Sequence record: PQ100635.1
Source: Escherichia phage PNJ-9
Reading direction: 5' to 3' (one strand)
DNA: 64,000 nt
Made by a program: the position numbers and the translations under genes. The notes beneath the pieces are model-generated. The model did not search any database and was not told where the DNA came from. It saw nothing but the letters and a program-made list of their open reading frames with translations. Shown in pieces: positions 55,763 to 64,000 of this stretch. Each line of letters opens with the position of its first letter. Position 1 is the first letter of the stretch.

Positions 55763-56413
55763 ATGATTTATTACATGCACAAAAACGCACCATTTAAATA
55801 TGGTAAATTTCCTAATGCACAATGTTATAATATAACGCCGAATGAAAATAATAACGGATACCATATTGGTGTAATTTTTGTAATTGTTAAAGATAACGAA
55901 ATCGTTGCCTGGGCAGATTTTAAAGGTACAACATATGATGTTAATCCTGTGCCTTTCACATATTACAATATAATGGATTTGGCATATGATTATAATTGGT
56001 TTACTCATGACACGTTGGCTCATATTGAAGGTGTAGGATTTGACATCTCTTATTCTAGCTATTCATTATGTCCTATGAGCCGAGCTCACGGTAAAGATGT
56101 ATCATATCTTTCAATTCGGAAACGTGTAAACTTCAAACGTAGTACAGAGTATGTTGGTGGACTCTTTGTTAAAGATAATAAAATAACCCGTATTAGTTAT
56201 CCTTTAAGTGTAGGTCAAAAAGATGTTGATGTTGATTTAGACTTAACTGAAAGTAACATTAATCGTATTGCTTCTGTATATTTTGATATCGATGAAAAAA
56301 TTGTAGTGTGTGGATACGAATTACCACCTGAAGAAAAGGCTGAAACAATTGAAGTCGAATTAGAAATTTCTGTTGATGACCAAATATTTAATGCATTTAT
56401 GAATCGAGGTTAA
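55763..56413 (+). CDS. hypothetical protein
   Basis: ORF track 55754-56413. Confidence 0.55.
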   Translation: MIYYMHKNAPFKYGKFPNAQCYNITPNENNNGYHIGVIFVIVKDNEIVAWADFKGTTYDVNPVPFTYYNIMDLAYDYNWFTHDTLAHIEGVGFDISYSSYSLCPMSRAHGKDVSYLSIRKRVNFKRSTEYVGGLFVKDNKITRISYPLSVGQKDVDVDLDLTESNINRIASVYFDIDEKIVVCGYELPPEEKAETIEVELEISVDDQIFNAFMNRG

Positions 56414-56414
56414 A

Positions 56415-56612
56415 ATGACTACTGCAATTTGCACTGGTTCTAAAATTAGTGTTTTTACAAGTTTTGAAGATTATGAAGTTGTTTCAAAACACCAATGCCA
56501 TATTAGCGTAAAAGCTAATGATGGTGTAATTTGGAATATTCCACAGTATGAAGGCACTACATATGAAGTCACAGATGTAAATGGTGACAAAGCAATCTTT
56601 GTAATTGATTAA
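56415..56612 (+). CDS. hypothetical small protein
   Basis: ORF track. Confidence 0.5.
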   Translation: MTTAICTGSKISVFTSFEDYEVVSKHQCHISVKANDGVIWNIPQYEGTTYEVTDVNGDKAIFVID

Positions 56613-56631
56613 ATATACTCAGGAGGTACCT

Positions 56632-57099
56632 ATGGGTATTATTAACACTGCAATAGATTCTGTTTACGCATATAAGTTTATTCGACTAATGCAAAAACCT
56701 TTTACCGAATGGAAAGCATACGAAGCCAAAATCATCGATGAACGTGGAAGTGTTCTTAAACGTCCTTCTACTCCCGAAGAGAAAGCTGCGTATACACCTT
56801 TTCATGCTTCAGTTCGTTCAATGAAGCGAATGATGAGCACCGTTCCAGGTCTTAATGGAATGGCCTCAATGATGTCTGCCTGGAGTGCTGTAGCTTCACG
56901 CTATAACATTACTGAAGAACAACAGAAAGAAATATTTAAAGAACTCCCTTTATTTGAGGATATGGTTGCTGGTGATTCAGGCGGTAGTCCTCAAGCTATT
57001 GCATCAGGAACAACTACAGGTGCAGTCGTAAATAAAGGTCCAGAACAAATTCCTTCCAAGAAAAGAAAGCGAATTAAAGTAAATATTAATAAGTTGTGA
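56632..57099 (+). CDS. hypothetical protein
   Basis: ATG after AGGAGG. Confidence 0.55.
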   Translation: MGIINTAIDSVYAYKFIRLMQKPFTEWKAYEAKIIDERGSVLKRPSTPEEKAAYTPFHASVRSMKRMMSTVPGLNGMASMMSAWSAVASRYNITEEQQKEIFKELPLFEDMVAGDSGGSPQAIASGTTTGAVVNKGPEQIPSKKRKRIKVNINKL

Positions 57100-57138
57100 T
57101 ATGATGGCCTTATTAATTTAAGGCCTCTGGAGAATACT

Positions 57139-58161
57139 ATGGCTGAATGGATAGATAATGAATTTGCTTATCGTGCGTTTTCTCACCTACCTCGTTTTAG
57201 ACAAATCAATAATTCAAGCACATTTAAATTAACATTTCGTTGTCCAGTTTGTGGCGACTCCCAGACAGATGCAATGAAAGCTCGCGGTTGGTATTATGGC
57301 GGTACTCCTGGTAATGTACATTGCTATAACTGCCAATACCACAATACAATTTCCGGATACTTAAAAGAGTATGATGAAGAGCTTTACCGCGAATATCTAA
57401 TGGAAGTTCGTAAAGAAAAAGCTAGAATGGAACCAAAGATTGAAAAGGTTCCTGAAGCTAAGCCGGAGCCAGAGAAAAAGACTATAAATTCTTTGCCGTC
57501 TTGTTCTCGTCTGGACAAGCTGCCTGAAGAGCATCCTATTGTGAAATATGTTAAGTCTCGATGCATTCCTAAAGAATCATGGAACAGATTATGGTTCACA
57601 TTAGAATGGCCTAAATTGGTCAACAAGATTCAACCTGGTACGTATAAGAAAGAGATTCCCGAACCACGTTTAGTGATTCCTATTTTTAATAAAGACGGGA
57701 AGGCTGAGTCATTCCAAGGACGTGCACTTCGTAAAGATGCTCCTCAGAAATATATCACTATTAAAGCGTTTGAGTCTGCAACAAAAATTTATGGTGTTGA
57801 ACGTGTTAAGGAAGGAGACGTCTGGGTAATGGAAGGCCCTATTGATAGTTTATTCATACCCAATGCAATCGCTATTACAGGCGGCTCAATAGATTTAGAT
57901 GTGGTACCATTTAAAGAACGTCGGGTATGGGTAATGGATAATGAACCTAGGCATCCGGATACTATAGCTCGCATGAAGCGATTAGTTGATGCAGGCGAAC
58001 GTGTCATGTTCTGGGACCGAGCTCCATGGAGATCAAAGGATGTGAATGATATGGTAATGAAAGAAAATGCAACACCACAAGAAATTTTAGAATATATGAA
58101 ACAGAATATTTCAAGTGGGTTGCATGCTAAAATGAGATTATCTCGTTATTCTAAGATTTAA
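57139..58161 (+). CDS. 61: DNA primase gp61
   Basis: Zinc ribbon CPVCGDS...CYNC; 340 aa; T4 gp61-like. Confidence 0.92.
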   Translation: MAEWIDNEFAYRAFSHLPRFRQINNSSTFKLTFRCPVCGDSQTDAMKARGWYYGGTPGNVHCYNCQYHNTISGYLKEYDEELYREYLMEVRKEKARMEPKIEKVPEAKPEPEKKTINSLPSCSRLDKLPEEHPIVKYVKSRCIPKESWNRLWFTLEWPKLVNKIQPGTYKKEIPEPRLVIPIFNKDGKAESFQGRALRKDAPQKYITIKAFESATKIYGVERVKEGDVWVMEGPIDSLFIPNAIAITGGSIDLDVVPFKERRVWVMDNEPRHPDTIARMKRLVDAGERVMFWDRAPWRSKDVNDMVMKENATPQEILEYMKQNISSGLHAKMRLSRYSKI

Positions 58162-58355
58162 ACAAGCCCTATAATAGCAAAGGCCAAATCAACTACAGTA
58201 TCTAATGGAACAGAAGGAACCATAACACCATGGGCAACTAACAATGGCGCAATACCGAAGTTCCATGAAATAATGCCACCTACAACTATTGCAGCGATAG
58301 CAGTTTTCTTTTTATTGCCTTTAATAGCGTTGATTAACGATGGAAGTTTAAACAT
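58158..58355 (-). CDS. small membrane protein on minus strand
   Basis: AAGGAG 6 nt upstream of ATG on minus strand; two hydrophobic segments; only convincing minus-strand gene. Confidence 0.55.
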   Translation of the reverse strand: MFKLPSLINAIKGNKKKTAIAAIVVGGIISWNFGIAPLLVAHGVMVPSVPLDTVVDLAFAIIGLV

Positions 58356-58445
58356 AATATCTCCTTAGTTACCTTATTATTTATTACGCTTTATAAAATT
58401 AATGTTAGAATTAACTTCTCTTATACTGAATTGAAAGGAAAAATA

Positions 58446-58967
58446 ATGGCACACTTTAACGAATGTTCACAACTTATTTCTGGTGTTGATAAAGCAGAAG
58501 AAGCTTATTTTAATGCTCTGATTCACGAAGATAAAGACCCTCTGCAGGTAATGCTTGATATGCAGAAATCTTTACAGGTTCGTCTGGCAAATGACAAGCC
58601 TGAACATAACAAACATCCTGATGAATTGGCTACTGCTGGTGATGTTGTTGATTGGCTGCGTAATCAGAAAGATTATATTGATGATGAATTCCGTGAACTG
58701 CTGACTTCACTTGGTGGTATGAGCAATGGTGAAAAAGCCGCTAGCTCTGTATGGAAGCCGTGGAAGGCACAACATGCTGAATATCGAAATCGTCGTATCG
58801 ATGAACTGTCTCCTGAAGACCAGCTTGAAATTAAATTTGAAATGATTGATATTCTGCATTTCGTTCTAAATATGTTCCAAGGTCTAGGACTTTCTGCTGA
58901 AGAAATCTTCAAACTGTATTACCTGAAAAACCAACACAACTTTGAACGCCAGGATAATGGTTACTAA
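58446..58967 (+). CDS. 56: dCTP pyrophosphatase gp56
   Basis: MAHFNECSQLISGVDKAEEAYFNALIHEDKDPLQVMLDMQ matches T4 gp56. Confidence 0.93.
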   Translation: MAHFNECSQLISGVDKAEEAYFNALIHEDKDPLQVMLDMQKSLQVRLANDKPEHNKHPDELATAGDVVDWLRNQKDYIDDEFRELLTSLGGMSNGEKAASSVWKPWKAQHAEYRNRRIDELSPEDQLEIKFEMIDILHFVLNMFQGLGLSAEEIFKLYYLKNQHNFERQDNGY

Positions 58968-58973
58968 TTAAGT

Positions 58974-58981
58974 TATAAATA
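58974..58981 (+). promoter_or_regulatory. late promoter TATAAATA upstream of soc
   Basis: Exact TATAAATA about 30 nt upstream of soc ATG. Confidence 0.55.
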
Positions 58982-59012
58982 CACCTGTAATTAAACAACA
59001 AAGGAGTTAATT

Positions 59013-59249
59013 ATGGGTGGTTATGTAAACATCAAAACCTTTACGCATCCTGCAGGTGAAGGCAAAGAAGTTAAAGGTATGGAAGTTTCTGTACCGTTTG
59101 AGATTTATTCAAACGAACATCGGATTGCAGATTCTCATTATCAGACTTTCCCGTCTGAAAAAGCTGCTTATACAACGGTAGTAACTGATGCCGCTGATTG
59201 GAAAACTAAGAACGCTGCAATGTTTACCCCTACACCAGTAAGTGGTTAA
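59013..59249 (+). CDS. soc: small outer capsid protein Soc
   Basis: GYVNIKTF...HYQTFPSEKAAYTTV matches T4 Soc; TATAAATA late promoter upstream; strong terminator downstream. Confidence 0.85.
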   Translation: MGGYVNIKTFTHPAGEGKEVKGMEVSVPFEIYSNEHRIADSHYQTFPSEKAAYTTVVTDAADWKTKNAAMFTPTPVSG

Positions 59250-59257
59250 TAATTCAA

Positions 59258-59282
59258 GGAATCCTTCGGGATTCCTTTTTTT
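59258..59282 (+). terminator. intrinsic terminator after soc
   Basis: GGAATCC-TTCG-GGATTCC then TTTTTTT. Confidence 0.75.
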
Positions 59283-59291
59283 GTTTCTACA

Positions 59292-59321
59292 GTTTACAAC
59301 CACTAAAAACTGTGTTAAGAT
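59292..59321 (+). promoter_or_regulatory. early-promoter-like element
   Basis: GTTTAC then TGTGTTAAGATA. Confidence 0.4.
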
Positions 59322-59349
59322 ATTCTTACTTACTCAAGAGGAGAACAAT

Positions 59350-59577
59350 ATGTTAAATCGTTGGATTAAACCTAATAACACATTAGGTGCTTTGATTGCT
59401 CAAGAAGTTTCATTGAAATACGGCCTTGGATATTATGATGATGTAGTCGTACACTCGTTCATGATGGATGGTGAAGACGTCAAATTTAATGCCGAAATCC
59501 GTTGGGATGACGGTGGTGTTCGTTTTGTTCGAGGAACAATTAATGCTTACGATGCTGAAGAAGTTGTTTGCTGTTAA
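59350..59577 (+). CDS. hypothetical protein
   Basis: ATG after AGAGGAGAA. Confidence 0.55.
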   Translation: MLNRWIKPNNTLGALIAQEVSLKYGLGYYDDVVVHSFMMDGEDVKFNAEIRWDDGGVRFVRGTINAYDAEEVVCC

Positions 59578-59590
59578 ACCAGGCGAAGGT

Positions 59591-59791
59591 ATGATGCCTA
59601 TTCCTGATACACACGAAAAAAGTTGGGAATATATCGGTGATGGAATGATGGAAGAAGTTGTTCGTCCAAAAACAAAACAGGTTAATGCTTCAAGCTCTTC
59701 CGATTATAATCATTCATACGTATCGTCTTGGCCTGGTGATTCCGGGTCAAGTTATTCTGATTGTGGTTCAAGCTCAGGGAGCTGTGAATGA
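59591..59791 (+). CDS. hypothetical Ser-rich protein
   Basis: Internal ATG of ORF 59468-59791; start uncertain. Confidence 0.4.
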   Translation: MMPIPDTHEKSWEYIGDGMMEEVVRPKTKQVNASSSSDYNHSYVSSWPGDSGSSYSDCGSSSGSCE

Positions 59792-59967
59792 ACAAAATAG
59801 TAAAATGGTTTAAAAGCTTGAATGATGGAGTCGAACCAGAAGATTGGCTGGATGTTCTTGAAGAGAATATGGCTAAAGAATTCCAGAAACACGAAGAGAA
59901 ACTCATCGAAGATGAAGGCGAACGTATTGTAAAACTTTATATGGGTGAACCATCGAGGAAATTATAA
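59788..59967 (+). CDS. small acidic protein (59 aa), not on ORF track
   Basis: ATGA overlap upstream and TAATG overlap downstream. Confidence 0.4.
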   Translation: MNKIVKWFKSLNDGVEPEDWLDVLEENMAKEFQKHEEKLIEDEGERIVKLYMGEPSRKL

Positions 59968-60431
59968 TGGATGCTATGTTATTTAAAATGTATTTGCTTG
60001 AAGCCAAATCGTTTAAACATATACCAGTAGAAGATAAGACTCCACTAGAAATAGCTATTCTCATTAACAAAAGTCTAAATAATCCGCAATATATCGTAGA
60101 AGAATTCTGTAAATTGCAGATTCCTAAAGGTTACAAAATTCGTGTAGAGCGAGTTGGAGCTATTACTCATTCTAAAAATTCTCCGTTTAGTCTTGAAGAA
60201 GGCATAAAGGACTTAGGTTATGAATCTACGGAAAATGCAGTTTATGTGAATCCTGAAAAGCGTTTAGACTTGTTTGAAAAGCGAGACCATAAGTATTTTG
60301 CCAAAAAATACTTTATTACATCATTAGCAGATTTAACCCATTTGCAACGAGCTATTTGGAAATTTTTTAAGACAAAAGGTGTAGCGCTAGAAACATTCTC
60401 TGAACCTGCTAGTTTTTATCTCGGTGAATAA
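59967..60431 (+). CDS. hypothetical protein
   Basis: ORF track. Confidence 0.6.
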   Translation: MDAMLFKMYLLEAKSFKHIPVEDKTPLEIAILINKSLNNPQYIVEEFCKLQIPKGYKIRVERVGAITHSKNSPFSLEEGIKDLGYESTENAVYVNPEKRLDLFEKRDHKYFAKKYFITSLADLTHLQRAIWKFFKTKGVALETFSEPASFYLGE

Positions 60432-60432
60432 T

Positions 60433-60612
60433 ATGGACTTGATGAGTATGTTTGATGAGCCTGAAGTTGAGGCTCCTAAAGTGCATCGTAGTGAACTTGT
60501 TGATGAACTAGATAGTATTATACAACGACACGGCTTTAGTTTACCTGTTGAAGCCCTGAAAGACCTTGCCTCTTATTATGACGACCCTCCACCATGGAGT
60601 CCTTGGAAATGA
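60433..60612 (+). CDS. hypothetical acidic protein
   Basis: ORF track 60424-60612. Confidence 0.45.
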   Translation: MDLMSMFDEPEVEAPKVHRSELVDELDSIIQRHGFSLPVEALKDLASYYDDPPPWSPWK

Positions 60613-60773
60613 AAGAGAAATTTAAAGAGAAATTCTTACTAGAAATCAAGGAAAAAGACTTTGAGACATGGTATCGAATGGTGAAAGGGTTGACGTTGCT
60701 TTTTAAAGCATCCTTATTCATGTTAGAACAACCTGGCCCTGATGGTCCTTTAGTAGGAAAGCTTAAAAAGTAG
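60609..60773 (+). CDS. possible small ORF (54 aa), not on ORF track
   Basis: ATGA overlap with upstream stop; reading not fully verified. Confidence 0.25.
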   Translation: MKEKFKEKFLLEIKEKDFETWYRMVKGLTLLFKASLFMLEQPGPDGPLVGKLKK

Positions 60774-60801
60774 TTTACATTCCCTCCTCTCGTGTTATGA
60801 T
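60774..60801 (+). promoter_or_regulatory. early-promoter-like element
   Basis: GTTTAC, 16 bp, TATGAT. Confidence 0.4.
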
Positions 60802-60901
60802 AGGCTTATCTTTAAATGGAGGTCTATCATGACATGTCAATCTGAACTTCAAGAACGCGAATACCTAACAAAATCATTCATTTAAAAATGTTGAATTTTT
60901 A

Positions 60902-60931
60902 GTGTACAAACTCTTCCGATGATGATACTAT
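60902..60931 (+). promoter_or_regulatory. early-promoter-like element
   Basis: GTGTAC, 18 bp, TACTAT. Confidence 0.4.
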
Positions 60932-60959
60932 ACCTTTATCAACCACAGGAGAAACCTAA

Positions 60960-61568
60960 ATGTTTATGCCGTATAACGAGTGTGAAATTGAAGAAATGGT
61001 TCGTCGTGCTCAATGCCCAGACTATCAGGATGAACTTCAGTACAAAATCGATGAGCAATTCAGCGACATTGAACAAAGTGTACTATGGCAATGTATGGAA
61101 AACAAGCCAGACAGCATCCAACAAGATTTAAGTGCAATTGTTCGTAGAAATTGGACGTCTTCTGTTCCTGAGACAATGTATCGTGGAATCTCTAAGAAAA
61201 CTATGGCCACACTCGATGATAAAGGCGTTGGTAGTATTATTAAATTTGATAGAGTAATGAGCTTTAGTCCGGTGTTTGGTGTAGCACGTAACTTCGCTTC
61301 GTATAATTTTTACGGAACATTTAATATGTTCTGCATCAAAGATGCACCATTTGCTTTCAACTTCCGTGAACATATGCTTAACATGATTCTGGCTGCGCCA
61401 TCTTGTGAGTTCAATGGAGCTTTCCCTGAAGCGACAAGACGGTCTAATGCTAGACTTATATCTGACGAATGTGAATTTATGCTCCCTATAGGGACTACAC
61501 TGCGTGTAGATTCTATTATTCAAGATGGACGTTATACAATCTGGAATCTGACTATTGTCAGTTACTGA
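60960..61568 (+). CDS. mono-ADP-ribosyltransferase (ModA/ModB-like)
   Basis: R-S-ExE order: YRG, SFSPV, ECEF; 202 aa; near srd/dda as T4 mod genes. Confidence 0.55.
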   Translation: MFMPYNECEIEEMVRRAQCPDYQDELQYKIDEQFSDIEQSVLWQCMENKPDSIQQDLSAIVRRNWTSSVPETMYRGISKKTMATLDDKGVGSIIKFDRVMSFSPVFGVARNFASYNFYGTFNMFCIKDAPFAFNFREHMLNMILAAPSCEFNGAFPEATRRSNARLISDECEFMLPIGTTLRVDSIIQDGRYTIWNLTIVSY

Positions 61569-61642
61569 CTGAATTGGAATAACCGGATGGAACTCAGAAC
61601 CATTATAACACATAAAAAATTAAAGCATTTTATGAAAAAGAG

Positions 61643-61670
61643 TGTACACTACCTGAGGGCATGATATTAT
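61643..61670 (+). promoter_or_regulatory. early-promoter-like element
   Basis: GTGTAC then GATATTATAGG. Confidence 0.4.
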
Positions 61671-61720
61671 AGGACATATCAGCTAAATGACCTAACGTCC
61701 GTAAGACAGAGGAAAATATT

Positions 61721-62467
61721 ATGTTATCAAATAATAAAATTAACAAAATCAATCGTCGTCTTGACCACACCAGAGCTTCTGCGAAGAGACGCTCTAAGGA
61801 TTTTAACTTAGACTTTAATTACCTTAAAAACATTCTTGATCAAAAGGTCTGCGCTTACTCAGGTGAATCTTTCAATAACTCTGTTGAAGGTGAGAAATTA
61901 TCCTTAGAACGTTTTAATAACGATATCGGCTACATTAAAGGTAATGTTATCCCAGTTAAGAAAAAATATAACACAGCTCGTTCTGATTTAACATTAGAAG
62001 AACTTATTGAGAAACGTGATGCCATTGCAAGACGTATCGCTAATCCTTCTGCTCGTAAAGTAGAGAAACTTAATCTCGACGAGAAGAAATGGGCCCAAAT
62101 TAAAAAGGTTTATGATACTATTTTAAAAATCCGAGCAAAACGTGAAAATCGTGTTAAGCATATGGCGAACATGATGAAAAATCAACCTTTATCTGACGAA
62201 GCTAAACTTAGAATTGTTGCTTTGAAAGCACGCATTAATGGCTCGCATCAAGCAGAAGGCCATGAACTTACTAAACTCAACGTTCTTCTTAAAGGCTCTG
62301 ACTGGAAAACTAAAACTAAATTAACTGACGCTGAATCGCTTTTCGATACATATGATAAAGTTATCAAAGGTCTGCAACGGTTTGAAAAGATTGGTTTCAT
62401 TGGTAAATTAAAATTGAAACGTGGCTTACCACTTAGCGCATCATTATTCCAACTGATTAAAGGTTAA
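61721..62467 (+). CDS. hypothetical basic protein (position of T4 srd)
   Basis: 248 aa; synteny only. Confidence 0.55.
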   Translation: MLSNNKINKINRRLDHTRASAKRRSKDFNLDFNYLKNILDQKVCAYSGESFNNSVEGEKLSLERFNNDIGYIKGNVIPVKKKYNTARSDLTLEELIEKRDAIARRIANPSARKVEKLNLDEKKWAQIKKVYDTILKIRAKRENRVKHMANMMKNQPLSDEAKLRIVALKARINGSHQAEGHELTKLNVLLKGSDWKTKTKLTDAESLFDTYDKVIKGLQRFEKIGFIGKLKLKRGLPLSASLFQLIKG

Positions 62468-62469
62468 TT

Positions 62470-62781
62470 ATGGTTTATGTATATGCAATAGTTTATCGAG
62501 ATATGGAAGGATTTACTGTCCCGGTTCCACTTGATGAGCATCGTCCTGCAGTATTTTTTAGAAAGGATATTGCAGATAAAGTTTTCGATACTTTGAAAAC
62601 ACAGTATAAAACAGATTTAAAAATGGGAGTTCTAAGAATGGTCGAAACTCCGCGTAAGTTCTGGTTTAATAAGCTTGAAATGAAACACGTTAAACTAGAT
62701 GCGGAGACGCAAAAATTGTATCAACGAATCCTGGACACAGGCCGTATTGTTAGTATTCCAATTGCAGGGACTTTACGATGA
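62470..62781 (+). CDS. hypothetical protein (dda.1 position)
   Basis: ORF track; ATGA overlap with dda. Confidence 0.55.
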   Translation: MVYVYAIVYRDMEGFTVPVPLDEHRPAVFFRKDIADKVFDTLKTQYKTDLKMGVLRMVETPRKFWFNKLEMKHVKLDAETQKLYQRILDTGRIVSIPIAGTLR

Positions 62782-64000
62782 CATTTGATGATTTGACTGA
62801 AGGCCAGAAAAACGCCTTCAACGTTGTTATGAACGCTATTAAAGAAAAGAAACATCACGTAACTATTAATGGGCCTGCCGGTACAGGTAAAACAACCCTT
62901 ACTAGATTCATCGTTGAAGCCCTTATTTCTTCTGGAGAATCAGGTATTATTTTAGCAGCCCCTACACATGCTGCTAAAAAGGTTCTAAGCAAACTTGCCG
63001 GTCAAGAAGCATCGACTATTCATAGCATTCTTAAAATCAACCCAACTACATACGAAGAAAACGTATTGTTTGAACAGAAAAAGGTTCCCGACTTAGCCTT
63101 GTGTCGTGTACTGTTATTTGATGAAGCGTCAATGTGCGACCGTTCTCTGTTTAAAATAATGTTAGCTAGTATCCCTAAATGGTGTACAGTAATTGGAATC
63201 GGCGACCGTTGCCAGATTCGTCCGGTAGACCCAGGCGAATCAACTGCGTATCTAAGTCCTTTCTTCACTCACAAAGACTTCGTGCAATGCAACCTTACAG
63301 AAGTTAAACGTAGCAATGCACCAATTATTGATGTTGCGACTGATATTCGTAATGGCAAATGGATTTATGATAAAGTAGTTGATGGACATGGTGTTCACGG
63401 ATATACAGACCTTAAATCGTATATGATGAACTATTTTAACGTCGTTAAAACTCCTGAAGACCTTTTCGAAAATCGAATGATGGCATTCACAAATAAGTCG
63501 GTGGACAAGTTAAATTCAATTATTCGCCGAAAACTTCTTGAAACAGAAAAACCATTTATTAAAGACGAAGTCATTGTTCTACAAGAGCCGTTTACTAAGA
63601 CATATAAGCTAGATGGTAAAAATATGACCGAAATGCTTTTCAATAACGGTCAATTCGTTCGTATTCGAGATGCTGTAGAAACGTCTACATTCGTTAAAGC
63701 ACGTGGTGTTTCAGGCGAATATATGATACGATACTGGAATCTTACAGTAGAAACGTATGGGGATGATGAAGAATACATCCGCGAAGATATAAAGGTTATT
63801 TCTTCTGAAGAAGAGCTTTATAAATTCAATTTGTTTTTGGCTAAGACCGCAGAAACATACAAATTTTGGAATAAAGGTGGTAAAGCTCCATGGAGCGAAT
63901 TCTGGGATGCTAAACGTATGTTCACTAAGGTGAAGGCACTACCAGTATCAACCTTCCATAAGGCCCAGGGTATGTCTGTTGACACGGCCTTTGTTTATAC
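62778..64000 (+). CDS. dda: DNA helicase Dda (SF1B), 3' end truncated by window edge
   Basis: MTFDDLTEGQKNAFNVVMNAIKEKKHHVTINGPAGTGKTT matches T4 Dda. Confidence 0.93.
   Translation, partial: MTFDDLTEGQKNAFNVVMNAIKEKKHHVTINGPAGTGKTTLTRFIVEALISSGESGIILAAPTHAAKKVLSKLAGQEASTIHSILKINPTTYEENVLFEQKKVPDLALCRVLLFDEASMCDRSLFKIMLASIPKWCTVIGIGDRCQIRPVDPGESTAYLSPFFTHKDFVQCNLTEVKRSNAPIIDVATDIRNGKWIYDKVVDGHGVHGYTDLKSYMMNYFNVVKTPEDLFENRMMAFTNKSVDKLNSIIRRKLLETEKPFIKDEVIVLQEPFTKTYKLDGKNMTEMLFNNGQFVRIRDAVETSTFVKARGVSGEYMIRYWNLTVETYGDDEEYIREDIKVISSEEELYKFNLFLAKTAETYKFWNKGGKAPWSEFWDAKRMFTKVKALPVSTFHKAQGMSVDTAFVY

Noticed and set aside
1-64000. CRISPR arrays, rRNA genes, integrase or transposase genes
   Set aside because: No regularly spaced direct repeats and no rRNA-like or recombinase ORFs found; the only mobile elements are the nrdD intron and the HNH endonuclease gene

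Overview
This window is a T4-like (Tevenvirinae) phage early/middle gene region, collinear with the T4 segment that runs from nudE/e/denV through tk, rI, nrdC, 49, nrdD/nrdG, 55, 47, 46, 45, 44, 62, regA, 43, 42, uvsX, 40, 41, 61, 56 and soc to dda. Almost every gene is on the + strand, densely packed with ATGA/TAATG start-stop overlaps. T4 homologs were recognised from protein motifs and recalled T4 sequences; no search was run. The region is punctuated by about 20 early-promoter-like cassettes (GTTTAC, 17-18 bp, TATAGT-like), often flanked by inverted repeats, plus MotA-box middle promoters, TATAAATA late promoters and GC-stem/T-run terminators. Mobile elements are a 1033-nt group I intron in nrdD carrying a GIY-YIG homing endonuclease, and a freestanding HNH endonuclease between genes 47 and 46. 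The main finding is a replacement of the T4 imm-42-beta-gt region (43820-50370): a KdsD-like SIS sugar-phosphate isomerase, a nucleotidyltransferase/APH-type kinase fusion, a HAD phosphatase, a Cys-rich protein, a divergent thymidylate-synthase-fold hydroxymethylase, a 299-aa unknown and a Tmk-like kinase, with no alpha- or beta-glucosyltransferase. I read this as a phage-encoded NDP-sugar (possibly arabinose) pathway for a non-glucose hydroxymethyl-pyrimidine DNA modification. Secondary observations include an array of four capsid-targeting-sequence (internal-protein-like) genes, a macro-domain protein, a Pol-beta nucleotidyltransferase next to a P-loop ATPase, and several small paralog families. 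No rRNA, tRNA or CRISPR array was detected.
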